Positions 1 to 9,995 are shown, counted from the first letter of the stretch. The stretch: DNA of 64,000 nt from Candidatus Bathyarchaeia archaeon (GCA_038870975.1 JAVZJD010000001.1:992001-1056000); one strand, 5' to 3'. Numbers and translations: made by a program. Notes: generated from the letters alone by a model not told the origin.

Positions 1-729
1 TTAAAAGCGATTGAAAAACTGGATGAATTCTTCGGTCAGCATCCTGAGGATGTATGTTATGAAGCTAGGAGAAAGAGGGCATTAATAGTTGGTTTGACGT
101 GTAATACTGTTGATGAAAAATGTTTCTGCTACTCGCTTGGTACTGGACCTGAGGCTTCTACAGGTTTTGACATATTGATAACTCAAATCGGTGGTGGATT
201 TTTCTTGCTCGAAGCAGGCAGCTCGAAGGGAGCGGATATTTTAAAAACGCTTAATTTAGCGGAGGCTAAACCTGAACATTTTGAAGCTAAAAGAAAACAT
301 ATAGAGCATCTTAAGAGTAGCTTCACTAAGACAGCGGACTTTGAAGAATTGGCAACGCTGGCTAAGGATAAGTTAGATCACAAAGTTTGGATAGAGACGG
401 CTGAAAGATGTCTATCCTGTGGAAATTGTAGCATGGTCTGTCCAGTATGCTACTGCTTCGACGTATACGATTCTCTCGATTTAACTCTTAAAGAGGGAGT
501 TAGAATTATGGAGCTTGATTCGTGTCAACTTTTAGAATACGCGGAAGTAGCGCTCGGCGGAAACTTTAGAAGAGATAGGAGTCAACGGCTACGCCATTGG
601 ATGCTCTGCAAATTTGGAGCAGCTGCTGGTGTTACATACACCAGCTGTGTAGGATGTGGAAGATGTATAGTTTACTGTCCTGCTAACATAGATTTAACGG
701 AGATTGCTCGCGTGTTAAAGGGAGGTTGA
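1..729 (+). CDS. hydB: Sulfhydrogenase (group 3b [NiFe] hydrogenase) beta subunit, 5'-truncated by the window edge
   Basis: Frame is open from base 1. Two ferredoxin-type motifs (CLSCGNCSMVCPVCYC and CVGCGRCIVYCP). First gene of a beta-gamma-delta-alpha operon. Confidence 0.85.
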   Translation, partial: LKAIEKLDEFFGQHPEDVCYEARRKRALIVGLTCNTVDEKCFCYSLGTGPEASTGFDILITQIGGGFFLLEAGSSKGADILKTLNLAEAKPEHFEAKRKHIEHLKSSFTKTADFEELATLAKDKLDHKVWIETAERCLSCGNCSMVCPVCYCFDVYDSLDLTLKEGVRIMELDSCQLLEYAEVALGGNFRRDRSQRLRHWMLCKFGAAAGVTYTSCVGCGRCIVYCPANIDLTEIARVLKGG

Positions 730-1559
730 TGATGTTGAATCCATACCTGCCTAGAAAGGCGATAATAGAGAATATACGGGATGAAACACCGGACATAAAG
801 ACTTTCAGAGTCAAAATTAAAGATGGAGGCTTCCGCTTCAACCCCGGTCAATTCGTCATGGTTTCATTGCTCGGAGTTGGGGAATCTGCTATAAGTATAT
901 CTTCCCACCCTGAAGACGCGGATAAATTCATAGAGCTTTCTGTTAGAAAGGTAGGCAATGTAACGGGGGCTATCTTCAGGTTAAAACCCGGCTCCACCAT
1001 CGGCATTAGGGGGCCATTCGGTAATGGATGGCCTATTGATGAAATCCCAGGTAAAGACCTCTTGATCGTAGGTGGAGGCTGTGGTCAAGGCGCTCTAAGA
1101 CCGCTGATTTTAGACGTGTTGAGGCATAGGAACCGCTATGGTAGAGTTGAAATACTCTACGGAGCTAGAACTCCTCAGGATCTAATGTTCAAGTATGAAC
1201 ACGATGTATGGGCTAGTGTTCCTGAAGGCTGTCTACTATTGACGGTTGATAGTATTCCACCTGGTGTTGAGTGGAGGCATAATGTCGGAGTGGTGACGAC
1301 GCTTTTCAGTAAAACGCTCATCAAGCCTGAAAATAGCCTAGTCTTTATATGTGGACCAGAGATTATGATGCACTTTGCCGTTAGAAACTTATTATCCATG
1401 GGTTTTAAGGGCGACCAAATATATCTATCCATGGAGAGGAGGATGAAGTGTGGCATAGGGAAATGTGGACACTGTCAAATAGGTGGTAAGTATGTCTGCA
1501 AGGACGGGCCAGTCTTCACGTATTCTGACCTAATCCATGAACCTGATAAAGTAGTTTAG
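726..1559 (+). CDS. hydG: Sulfhydrogenase gamma subunit (FAD/NAD(P)-binding, [2Fe-2S])
   Basis: PGQF, RGPFGNG, GGGCG and CGP motifs, plus the C-terminal CGIGKCGHC...C-DGPVF cluster. GGAGG SD at 721-725, so the true start may be ATG 732. Confidence 0.88.
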   Translation: MMMLNPYLPRKAIIENIRDETPDIKTFRVKIKDGGFRFNPGQFVMVSLLGVGESAISISSHPEDADKFIELSVRKVGNVTGAIFRLKPGSTIGIRGPFGNGWPIDEIPGKDLLIVGGGCGQGALRPLILDVLRHRNRYGRVEILYGARTPQDLMFKYEHDVWASVPEGCLLLTVDSIPPGVEWRHNVGVVTTLFSKTLIKPENSLVFICGPEIMMHFAVRNLLSMGFKGDQIYLSMERRMKCGIGKCGHCQIGGKYVCKDGPVFTYSDLIHEPDKVV

Positions 1560-1570
1560 GAGGTGGTATC

Positions 1571-2326
1571 TTGAAGCTTAAAGTAGGAGTATTCAAATTT
1601 ACAAGTTGCTCAGGCTGTCAAATAGAGTTTCTGAGGATTAATGAAAACCTTCCAGGAATACTCAACCTTCTGGATTTTCAAAACTGGGCTATGGCCAGTT
1701 CCAACGTGCAACCGGGTCCATATGATATAGCCATTGTAGAAGGTGGAATATCTACGCCTGAGAGTATAGAGGAGATTAAGACAATCCGGAGAAACTCTAG
1801 ACTTCTTATAGCGATTGGTGATTGCGCCGTTTTTGGGGGAATCCCATCGATGAGAAACTGGATGAAGCAACGTGAAGCTGAGAGTTTAACCTACCCAAAG
1901 CCTGAATACTTGAGGTCTATGAAGGTATCTAGTGTAGATGAGTATGTTAAGGTAGATGTGTATCTTAAGGGTTGTCCTCCACACCTCGATAATATACTTG
2001 AAGCACTTAAAGCCGCTATTTTAGACATTAAACCCAGATTAAGACAGCATCCAGTCTGTATTGAATGTAAGTTTTACGAAAATGAATGTCTTTTGACGAC
2101 TTATAGGCAAGCCTGTATGGGTCCTGTTACAGCAGCTGGCTGCGGAGCCATCTGTCCATCGGTAAATAGACCATGTGAGGGCTGCTACGGACCCATGAGT
2201 AATCCCAACGTTAAATCCATGGTTGAAAGACTTCGTGAGATTGGACTAGCCGATGACGATATCATGAGGAAGTTTAGGAAGTATGCTGGTACATCTGAAT
2301 ACTATAGGGAGGTGGCTAGACTTTGA
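1571..2326 (+). CDS. hydD: Sulfhydrogenase delta ([NiFe] small) subunit
   Basis: SCSGC, GDCA, GCPP and the distal CxxC...C..CMGP..GC.A.CP....C.GC cluster. GGAGGTGG SD upstream. Confidence 0.9.
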   Translation: MKLKVGVFKFTSCSGCQIEFLRINENLPGILNLLDFQNWAMASSNVQPGPYDIAIVEGGISTPESIEEIKTIRRNSRLLIAIGDCAVFGGIPSMRNWMKQREAESLTYPKPEYLRSMKVSSVDEYVKVDVYLKGCPPHLDNILEALKAAILDIKPRLRQHPVCIECKFYENECLLTTYRQACMGPVTAAGCGAICPSVNRPCEGCYGPMSNPNVKSMVERLREIGLADDDIMRKFRKYAGTSEYYREVARL

Positions 2327-3594
2327 AAAACGTTAGTATCGACTACCTGACTAGGGTTGAGGGTAAAGGTGGGCTTGACTTAACTATTGAAGGAAACGAG
2401 GTTAAAGACTTAAAATTGAGGATATACGAAGAACCCAGGTTCTTCGAAGCATTTATGGTCGGTAGGAGGTTCGATGAAGTTGTTGAAATAGCCTCTAGAA
2501 TCTGCGGTATATGCTACGTAACCCATCAGATAACCCCGGCGAGAGCTATTGAAAAGATTTTAGGCGTGGAAGTTAACGACCGTATAAAGCTTTTAAGGAG
2601 GTTGATAGCTGTAGGCGGTATTATAAGCAGTCATGCGTTACACGTATACCTGTTAGCGCTACCCGACGTTTTAAAACTGCCGAACTCCTTCTCAATAGAC
2701 CCCAAGCTTCTAGTAGAGGCTTTAAAGCTTAAAGGTCTAGGGGATAAGATTGTAGAAATCGTCGGAGGAAGGGCAGTACATCCTGTAACCATAGTCGTTG
2801 GTGGTTTTACGTATGCCCCGCCAAAAGAGAAGCTTAAGGCTTTAGTAGACGACCTTAAACGTGCGAAAAAGACGGCAATGGAATCTATACGGTTCTTCTC
2901 AGCGGAAAATCTTCCAAACTTTGAAGTAGACTCTGAGAATGTAGCTCTATCAAACCCTGAAGAATATGCTATAAACGAGGGAAGGGTTAAGTCTAATAAA
3001 GGATTGTATATATCAGAAGACGAATTCAGGAGATTTATTGAAGAGGAGCAAGTACCCCACTCTACGGCTAAACACTCAAAGGTTAAAGCCAGAGCATCCT
3101 ACATGGTTGGTCCACTATCGAGAGTTAACTTAAACTTCCACCAGCTTAGCGAGGATGCTCAGAATGTTGCTGAAGCTAGTAGCTTTAAATTTCCATCATC
3201 CAATCCGTTTATGGCCAACGTTGCCAGAGTAGTTGAAATGGTAAGTCTAATAGACGAAGCGATTGAACTCATAGACTCGTACAACGAGGGGGAGGTTAGA
3301 GTTTCATTTAAAGTGAGAGGTGGAGAAGCGGCGGCAATAACAGAAGCTCCTAGAGGGATAAACTACCACTGGTATCGCATAGACAATAATGGAATCGTCA
3401 GAGCAGCCGATATATCTCCTCCAACGTGCCAGAACGCCAAGAGAATCGAAGACGACTTAAGGGCATATGTACCAGCAATAGCCGATATGTCTGAAGAGGA
3501 AATAGCCCACAGGTGTTCAATGCTCATCAGAGCCTATGATCCCTGCATAAGTTGCGCAGTCCACAGTTTAAACGTTAAAGTCAGAAAAATGTAA
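2323..3594 (+). CDS. hydA: Sulfhydrogenase alpha ([NiFe] large) subunit
   Basis: RVEG, L1 motif RICGIC, EAPRG and L2 motif DPCISCAVH followed by a short cleavable C-terminal extension. Confidence 0.93.
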   Translation: MKNVSIDYLTRVEGKGGLDLTIEGNEVKDLKLRIYEEPRFFEAFMVGRRFDEVVEIASRICGICYVTHQITPARAIEKILGVEVNDRIKLLRRLIAVGGIISSHALHVYLLALPDVLKLPNSFSIDPKLLVEALKLKGLGDKIVEIVGGRAVHPVTIVVGGFTYAPPKEKLKALVDDLKRAKKTAMESIRFFSAENLPNFEVDSENVALSNPEEYAINEGRVKSNKGLYISEDEFRRFIEEEQVPHSTAKHSKVKARASYMVGPLSRVNLNFHQLSEDAQNVAEASSFKFPSSNPFMANVARVVEMVSLIDEAIELIDSYNEGEVRVSFKVRGGEAAAITEAPRGINYHWYRIDNNGIVRAADISPPTCQNAKRIEDDLRAYVPAIADMSEEEIAHRCSMLIRAYDPCISCAVHSLNVKVRKM

Positions 3595-3706
3595 CACTCC
3601 ATTTTTAAAAATAAACCTATGGTTGAAATACATAAATCGTCTGTAAAATTGATATGGACATGGTTTACAAGCTTTGGTCTATTTCCGCCTCCTCCAAGCG
3701 ATCAAC

Positions 3707-4504
3707 TTAAAGAAGAGGGATGGCAATCATTCTTAAGGCAATCAGTATGAATACAGTTGCGAGCATTCTTCGCATTGTTTCCTCCTCTAGCCTTTTTGAA
3801 ATCCTCGGTCCCAATTGAGAGCCGCATAAACCTCCGATAACAATCGGTACTGCATAGTTCAGCGGTACTATATTGCCGACTTGAAAGTGTAGAATCACAG
3901 CTACGGTGTTTGTTAAGGCCATTCCAAAGACGGATGTGGCGGCTGCTACTTTAACCGGCATCCCCATGCAAAGAACCATTATCGTTTCATCCACCGTTCC
4001 TCCACCAGCTCCAAGCATTCCAGCTACAACGCCGCTGGTGAAGCTTGCAAATAAGGCTAAGTAAACCATTTTAGCAGTTAATTTATCCGCTTTGGGCTCC
4101 TCATCCGTTGAGGGTTCTCCAAGGTTCTTCGCTCTTCTAAAAAGCTGGAATGAAACTGTTAAAAGGAAAACGCCGAATAGGGAGGCTAAAGTCTTTGAGC
4201 TTATTATGGTTGTTAAATATACTCCTACCATAGTTCCAGGCACGTCGAGTAAATCCAGTAGTATGCCTATCTTATAGTTGATCCTTCTCTGCCTAGCATA
4301 AGCTAAAGTTGCAGAAACCGTTGTAAAGCTCATCGCCAGTAGGCTTGTAGAGACCGCTTTCTTAGTTTCAAAGCCAAAGCCGAGAACGAGTAGAGGTACG
4401 TAAAATACTCCGCCACCTAAACCAACGATCGATGCAACAGTCGAGATTGTAAAACTTAGAAGAAGCAAAATCAATTCCTGCATACATTCTCTAAAACCCA
4501 TCAA
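3707..4504 (-). CDS. TauE/SafE-family (TSUP) membrane transporter
   Basis: Hydrophobic 265-aa protein with two repeats (GLGGG...P...AVSTSL and GAGGG...AAATS). Confidence 0.85.
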   Translation of the reverse strand: MMGFRECMQELILLLLSFTISTVASIVGLGGGVFYVPLLVLGFGFETKKAVSTSLLAMSFTTVSATLAYARQRRINYKIGILLDLLDVPGTMVGVYLTTIISSKTLASLFGVFLLTVSFQLFRRAKNLGEPSTDEEPKADKLTAKMVYLALFASFTSGVVAGMLGAGGGTVDETIMVLCMGMPVKVAAATSVFGMALTNTVAVILHFQVGNIVPLNYAVPIVIGGLCGSQLGPRISKRLEEETMRRMLATVFILIALRMIAIPLL

Positions 4505-4690
4505 GCGACTATTTAATTTTATTAAAAATTGTAATGGATTGCGTCTTTCTTTCCTCAGTTGTAGCTATGAAAAATTTCCTTTAGTCATTAACACCGTGAA
4601 TCCTACATTGTTCATGTGTGGAATGAAAGTGGGCGTCAAGTTTATATGGTTACTATGGATAAATATATTGCTATCATGACCCACAGGAAA

Positions 4691-4755
4691 CTGGGGATGA
4701 ATTGAAAAGTCTTAGGCTTACTAAAAGAGAGCCTTATGTAGGCTGATTGATCCAG
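4691..4755 (+). ncRNA. Possible box C/D sRNA
   Basis: GGATGA (C-like) at 4695-4700 and CTGA (D) at 4743-4746, flanked by CTGG/CCAG. The internal C'/D' boxes are degenerate. Confidence 0.3.
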
Positions 4756-4900
4756 AAAGCTTCTTCAGAAGCTTTGTAAATTTAATTACTGGTTCTGGTG
4801 CATAGTAATTAAAGGTAAATATTATACTCTAGCAAAGATCCAAAAGGTAAGGAGGACTCTGAAGATAGAAGATAAGGATAAGATTGAGCTTTTATTAAGA

Positions 4901-5236
4901 ATGCTTAGTGAAGCTGAAGAATACATTGAAAAAGGGGATCCTATACAAGCAAGTGAAAAACTGTATAAAGCTTCCGAAGAAGCTATTAAAGAATTAGCGC
5001 GTCGATTTGAACTCTCAGAATACGAGGAGGCGGAAAGAAACGGAAGATGGACGACCACTCTGCTCTTTAAGGCTGTAAGGAGGCTTTCTGAGAGGGTAAA
5101 GCCTGAGATTCTTGATTGGTGGACTCAAGCTTGGCTTTTACATGTAGAAGGTTTTCATGAAGCAAGGTTAGATATGGAAGAAGTCAAAGTAAGGGTTAGC
5201 CGTATAAAGGAGCTTGTAAACCTACTCTGGAAATAA
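4901..5236 (+). CDS. PaREP1-family (HEPN-like) protein
   Basis: GDPIQASEKLYKASEEAIK, GRW and AWLLHVEGFHE motifs typical of PaREP1. A possible upstream in-frame CTG start lies at 4859 after GGAGG. Confidence 0.85.
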   Translation: MLSEAEEYIEKGDPIQASEKLYKASEEAIKELARRFELSEYEEAERNGRWTTTLLFKAVRRLSERVKPEILDWWTQAWLLHVEGFHEARLDMEEVKVRVSRIKELVNLLWK

Positions 5237-5358
5237 CGAATATCAATTAGATAGGTGAAGAGTCAAACACATCCTGACTCTGAAACCCTAGGTTACCTTC
5301 CCACCTTTAAGGTCAATACATATATTCTAGCTGGTAACTACTCTTTCATCTGACCTAT

Positions 5359-6414
5359 ATGGATTCTAGGAGTAGAGTCTTAGCTACCTTAAGAGGGGAA
5401 GAGGTTGATAGAATACCATTTACGATCTATGACGTTCTCATGCCTAGAGGTGAACTATGGGATGAACTTAGAAGAATGGGTTTAACCCCCATAACTAGTG
5501 TTTCAGTATTCTACGAGAAATGGTTAAACGTGAAGATTAGGCGGATTGTTGAGGGAGACTACGTTTACACGTATTACGATACACCAGTCGGGTCTGTATA
5601 TGCGAAGCATAGGGTTAACCTTAAGCCCGGCTTAGGAGACTCTTGGACAATTGAACACCCGATTAAGAAGCCTGAGGACTATAAAGTAGTTAACTACATC
5701 TTTAAAAACACGGTTATTACCCCAGTTAGAGAAGAAGATGTTCTTAAACAGATTGAACGATTTAAAGATGAACGTGTATTCTGGGCTTGGGTGGATAGAA
5801 CACCCATCCAGAAGATGCTTATAGAGCTTACGGGTTATAGAAGGCTTGCAATAGACCTGTATAGGAATCGAGAGCTTTTAGAAGAGCTCTACGATACGCT
5901 CGTCGATAGGACTGAATTGATCTGCGAAATAGCTTCAGAATCCCCCATGGAGCTTGTATGGTGTGGAGATAACGTGAACGGTATAGTCTTAGGGTCTAAA
6001 GTTTTCGAGAAGTATCATCTACCCGTTTATAGACATATGTCTAAATTGTTTGAGAAAAACGGTAAAACGTTCATAGTTCATATGGATGGGAAAATAAACT
6101 GTTTAAAACACCTCTTATCCAACTCTGGTATTAACGTTGTAGAAGCCTTTACACCGCCGCCTATGGGCGACCTGTCTGTCAGAGAAGCTAGAAACCTATG
6201 GGGTGAGAAAATTAAAATATGGATAAACTTTCCAGAGTCCATCCTCATAAGCGACGAAGAACACGTCAAACGGTATACGTTAAACCTTTTAGAGGAAATA
6301 TCCCTCCAGAGAGGCATACTACTAGGTATAACTGAAGATATAGCACCCGGGCATGAAGACAAACTTAAAATAGTTGCTAAAGCCTTAAGCGCGGGTATAT
6401 GTAAGACTTATTGA
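5359..6414 (+). CDS. Uroporphyrinogen decarboxylase/MtaA-fold protein (paralogue 1)
   Basis: N-terminal SRSRV...DRIP, plus CGDN, HMDG, EAFTPPPMGD and W.NFP motifs. Close paralogue of 50784-51860. Confidence 0.75.
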   Translation: MDSRSRVLATLRGEEVDRIPFTIYDVLMPRGELWDELRRMGLTPITSVSVFYEKWLNVKIRRIVEGDYVYTYYDTPVGSVYAKHRVNLKPGLGDSWTIEHPIKKPEDYKVVNYIFKNTVITPVREEDVLKQIERFKDERVFWAWVDRTPIQKMLIELTGYRRLAIDLYRNRELLEELYDTLVDRTELICEIASESPMELVWCGDNVNGIVLGSKVFEKYHLPVYRHMSKLFEKNGKTFIVHMDGKINCLKHLLSNSGINVVEAFTPPPMGDLSVREARNLWGEKIKIWINFPESILISDEEHVKRYTLNLLEEISLQRGILLGITEDIAPGHEDKLKIVAKALSAGICKTY

Positions 6415-6586
6415 GAGCTCATCCTTCTCTATGCAATTATTGTCTTCTTTACGTTTTTATGTAAAACTTATAATGTTTTATTAGTATTGTGCTAAAACTC
6501 CTATAGCTCTCGTATCTCACACAAACCCCCGTCTCTAAACTTAGAAGAAGCAGGTATGGCGAGGGACTTAGACCTGTAGAAACCGA

Positions 6587-6710
6587 CGCCGGGGGAGGGA
6601 TTTGAACCCCCGCTCCCCCAATGGGGAACCGGATTTCACGTTCTCTAAGCCCTCTCTAAAGCGTTTTAGTATCTCGAGTCCGGCGCCTTTCCTGGCTAGG
6701 CTACCCCGGC
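6587..6710 (-). tRNA. tRNA-Ser(CGA) with a 38-nt intron at position 37/38 (intron 6635-6672)
   Basis: The reverse complement folds into a cloverleaf: acceptor GCCGGGG/CCCCGGC, D arm GCCT/AGGC, anticodon stem CCGGA/TCCGG with CT-CGA-G, long variable arm TCCCC-ATTG-GGGGA, T loop TTCAAAT and discriminator G. No encoded CCA. Confidence 0.93.
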
Positions 6711-7025
6711 ACTTCTAAATGGTATTTTACTCACTCTCTCTAAAAAAGATTAGCGAATTTTCTGCTGAAGGATAAGATAACCTATTCGACTCTCGTGATG
6801 TCCAGTAGCTTATACGGCGCGGAATGAACAACCTCTGGAAGATGAACTCCGCTATGAGAAGGCTCAATACACAGGTTAAACTCAGAAGAGCAAAACTGGA
6901 TATGGAATGTTAGAATACAAACTGAAGCGGGCATAATATGGTACATGTATAAGAAGCATGGACTATTAAGAGGTCTAAATACATTGAAACCCTGTTCGAA
7001 ATCGATTCGAAAAGCTGTTTTAACC

Positions 7026-7229
7026 CTAGCGTCCGATATTTAAAGCGTATCTACCAGCTTCCTTCAGGTTGAGTTTTCCAGCCAATATGGAAGATTGAGA
7101 GTTGAATATTACGATTAATCCGTTCCAATTCTCCGTGAGACTTCTAGTCTTACAAACTGGGCATACATCTAACTTTTTCTTAGGTATTGTAAATACTCTT
7201 CCACAGTTTCTACACGCCATTTCGCTCAC
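7026..7229 (-). CDS. spt4: Transcription elongation factor Spt4 (RpoE'')
   Basis: ACRNC...CPVC zinc ribbon, W.G.IVI and G.YAL. Overlaps the rpoE' stop. Confidence 0.92.
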   Translation of the reverse strand: MSEMACRNCGRVFTIPKKKLDVCPVCKTRSLTENWNGLIVIFNSQSSILAGKLNLKEAGRYALNIGR

Positions 7230-7792
7230 TCTTTACCACCTTTCTGAAGCTTTGAGACGTCCTCTTTAATCCATTCGATTTTACCTAGGAATGGCTGTTT
7301 AGCTGTAACGCCTATCTTCCCCATACCTCCACCCTTTGGAAGGCTTACAGCCACTATTCTAACTCTAACCACGTCTCCTTTCCTGAGAGACCTATTCGTC
7401 TGTTTGCCTATTAAACTCTCCCCATGCTTGTCGTACGTTATGTAGTCGTCCATAAGCTGAGACTTGTGAAGAAGTGCGTCTACAGGCCCTATTCTAACGA
7501 AAGCGCCGAAGTCTTGAACATCCATAACATCTCCTTCGACAACCTCCTGCAGACCTGGTAGAAACGTTAAGAGTGTAAAAGTAGCTTTATGGTATGTTGC
7601 ACCGTCGCCTGAAACTATTCTCCCAATAGGGTCGACGTTTACGTTTAGAATATCTATAACATAGCCTAGCTCCTCGTCAACTAAAGCAACATATTTAGAT
7701 CTAAGCTCTTCTTCAGCCACTTGTTTTAGAGGTTTTCCAAACTTCTCGGGTGGAATTCTTACAACGTCTTCAACGTCGATTAGCTTAAACAT
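7226..7792 (-). CDS. rpoE1: DNA-directed RNA polymerase subunit E' (Rpo7)
   Basis: VRIPP..FG, GDGATY, S1 domain FGAFVRIGPVDALLH.SQ and C-terminal QPFLGKIEWI. Confidence 0.95.
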   Translation of the reverse strand: MFKLIDVEDVVRIPPEKFGKPLKQVAEEELRSKYVALVDEELGYVIDILNVNVDPIGRIVSGDGATYHKATFTLLTFLPGLQEVVEGDVMDVQDFGAFVRIGPVDALLHKSQLMDDYITYDKHGESLIGKQTNRSLRKGDVVRVRIVAVSLPKGGGMGKIGVTAKQPFLGKIEWIKEDVSKLQKGGKE

Positions 7793-7927
7793 GAGGGAGA
7801 CACCATTTTACACAGTTATGTAATAAAAGGTGCGATATAAACATTGATTGACGACTGATTGAAAATATTTTATAGATATAAAAATGGAGAAAAACATATA
7901 TACATATTCCATTAACTAAGATTTTGG

Positions 7928-9961
7928 ATGTCGAAAGAGGTTGTTGAAGAAAAAGTAAACTGGCCCCTACTAATCATACTAGCGATAATAGTAAACGTCA
8001 TCGCAAATTTGGCTCAAGGTGTTCTTGGAATGCAGGGCGGCTACTTCGGATGCATATACAGCATGGGAATAGCATCCATACCATTCACAATGCCTACACT
8101 AGCTTTAATCCTACCGATGTTTGCATTTTTGACAAAATTCGCTGGAAAAAGGCTAACTTCAACAACGTTAGCGGCTCTATACATTATGGGCCTCGTCTCA
8201 TCACTATCCATAGGAAACTTTAACGACGCATACTACAGCTGGCCAGTGGGTTCAGTAAGCAGAGTGTGGAGGGCTATTCCAGAAGTTAGAGATGTTATGA
8301 GAACGCTTTGGTGGGTTCCACCAGAAGCAGCCGTAGCACCAACTTGGGGTAGAGGAGGCCCTGTAGATTGGGCTGCATGGTTCCCAGCAATGCTATACGT
8401 CTTCCTATTCCACTTCATAATACTCATCTACTCCTCAGCTGAAATGGCCATCCTTAGAAGACGATGGATAGAGATAGAGAAAGTTCCATTCCCATTCGCC
8501 ATAGCAATCTGGGAGAGCGTTAGAAACATACATGGATTTGAAGAGGTTAAACGTAGAAAACTTCCATTCTTAATAGGCCTATTGATAGGCTTAGTAATCT
8601 ACCTTCAGATAATGTTCACAACGCTTCTACCATGGTGGCCAGACATCATAGGTTGGCGTTCTCTTGGTCCAAGCCCCAACGGCTGTGTAGTTATCGCATC
8701 CTGGGCTAATCCAACGCTATGGGCTATAGGTTCTCAGTTGGTAGCGTTTATGAGGGTTAACGTACAACCGATCAACTGGGCAATTGCCTACTTAGTGCCA
8801 TTGGACGTTCTATTTACGGCCTGGTTCCTTTGGGTAATATTCATGATACTTGCTCAAGCGGCTTATGTCATGGGCTACTATACTGGTGCCTTAGACCTTT
8901 CAGGCTGTTGTAGAGTACTAATAGGTCCATATACGATCTCACCGAACTGGGGTCCACCTATCTACTGGTCATATATGTGCGTCACGGGAGGTATGGTTGC
9001 ATTCATAGTTATGATGCTATGGTATGCTAGAGACTATCTTAGAGAAGTTTTAAACGCGGCTCTTAGTAAACCATCACCTACTATCCGTGAGCTTGAGGCT
9101 AAAGAACCAGTAAGCTATAGAACAGCATTCATCATACTCGCAGTCGGGCTAATACTTTGGATAGCATTTCTAGCGTCGCTTCAAATAGATGCAATACTGA
9201 TAACTCTACTATTCATATTTGGAGGATTCATATTCCCGCTGGCTGAAGCCTACGCTAGAGGATTGACTGGAGCTGCCTACGCTCAGGAGCGTAGTAAGTG
9301 GGCTAGCTGGGCGGCTCACCTCATATGGTCTAGACATCCAGAAACCTATACCGCGGGATGGTGTAACGCCTTCATAATATACCACCGTGGTATAAACACG
9401 GCTTCAGCGGGTTTAAACACGTGGTCTGAAGTCACCATGCACAGCTTTAGAGTGGCAGATTTATCCGGTACTAGTCCGAAAGCCGTCTACAAAATGGTAT
9501 TCATATTCTTTGTAATAGCCTACGCTATAACACTACCCTTCAGAGTCTGGTGGCCACACTACCTTGGAGCTAGATTCCCCAACTGTCTCTCAGGGTGGGA
9601 GTGTGCCTACCTCGGCGTGGGTGCATACAACACAATGCCTCCTGCTGACGAGCTCTGGATTCCAGTGATAACAGGCTTCATAGTCACAGTACTACTCTAC
9701 TTCCTTAGGATGAGATTCGTCTGGTGGCCTCTACACCCAATGGGCTTCCTAATAAGCGGAGCTGCGCGTGAAGTTTGGACTGGTGCTTGGACAAGCTTCC
9801 TAGGCGCTTGGGTGCTTAAATTCATAACCTTAAGAATCGGCGGTAGCAAAGCCTACGAAGAATACGGTATCCCAGCAGCGGCAGGAGTGCTAGCGGGCTT
9901 CGTAATGGCGGCGGTGATAGGTGTCATCGTGGGGCTCATTAGGTGGTTCGTACCATTCTAA
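7928..9961 (+). CDS. DUF6785/OPT-like polytopic membrane protein, putative transporter (paralogue 1)
   Basis: 677 aa with many TM segments. Motifs RRRWIEIEKVPFP, RFVWWPLHPMG and LRIGG..AY shared with two other ORFs in the window. Confidence 0.7.
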   Translation: MSKEVVEEKVNWPLLIILAIIVNVIANLAQGVLGMQGGYFGCIYSMGIASIPFTMPTLALILPMFAFLTKFAGKRLTSTTLAALYIMGLVSSLSIGNFNDAYYSWPVGSVSRVWRAIPEVRDVMRTLWWVPPEAAVAPTWGRGGPVDWAAWFPAMLYVFLFHFIILIYSSAEMAILRRRWIEIEKVPFPFAIAIWESVRNIHGFEEVKRRKLPFLIGLLIGLVIYLQIMFTTLLPWWPDIIGWRSLGPSPNGCVVIASWANPTLWAIGSQLVAFMRVNVQPINWAIAYLVPLDVLFTAWFLWVIFMILAQAAYVMGYYTGALDLSGCCRVLIGPYTISPNWGPPIYWSYMCVTGGMVAFIVMMLWYARDYLREVLNAALSKPSPTIRELEAKEPVSYRTAFIILAVGLILWIAFLASLQIDAILITLLFIFGGFIFPLAEAYARGLTGAAYAQERSKWASWAAHLIWSRHPETYTAGWCNAFIIYHRGINTASAGLNTWSEVTMHSFRVADLSGTSPKAVYKMVFIFFVIAYAITLPFRVWWPHYLGARFPNCLSGWECAYLGVGAYNTMPPADELWIPVITGFIVTVLLYFLRMRFVWWPLHPMGFLISGAAREVWTGAWTSFLGAWVLKFITLRIGGSKAYEEYGIPAAAGVLAGFVMAAVIGVIVGLIRWFVPF

Positions 9962-9968
9962 ATCCCCA

Positions 9969-9991
9969 TTTTTCTTTTTTAAAAATAAAAA
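9969..9991. terminator. Bidirectional oligo-T/oligo-A archaeal terminator
   Basis: TTTTTCTTTTTT directly followed by AAAAATAAAAA between two convergent genes. Confidence 0.5.
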
Positions 9992-9995
9992 TGGT

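Noticed and set aside
2323-3594. Selenocysteine ([NiFeSe]) hydrogenase
   Set aside because: The L2 motif is DPCISC with ordinary Cys codons, and there is no in-frame TGA.
5275-5296. Hammerhead ribozyme (CTGA...GAAA)
   Set aside because: The core is not CUGANGA and there is no stem II between the motifs.
6587-6710. tRNA as attachment site of an integrated element
   Set aside because: I saw no integrase and no duplicated tRNA 3' fragment in the window.
6795-6845. C/D-like sequence GTGATGT...ATGA between the tRNA and spt4
   Set aside because: All the boxes deviate from consensus and no target was recognised.
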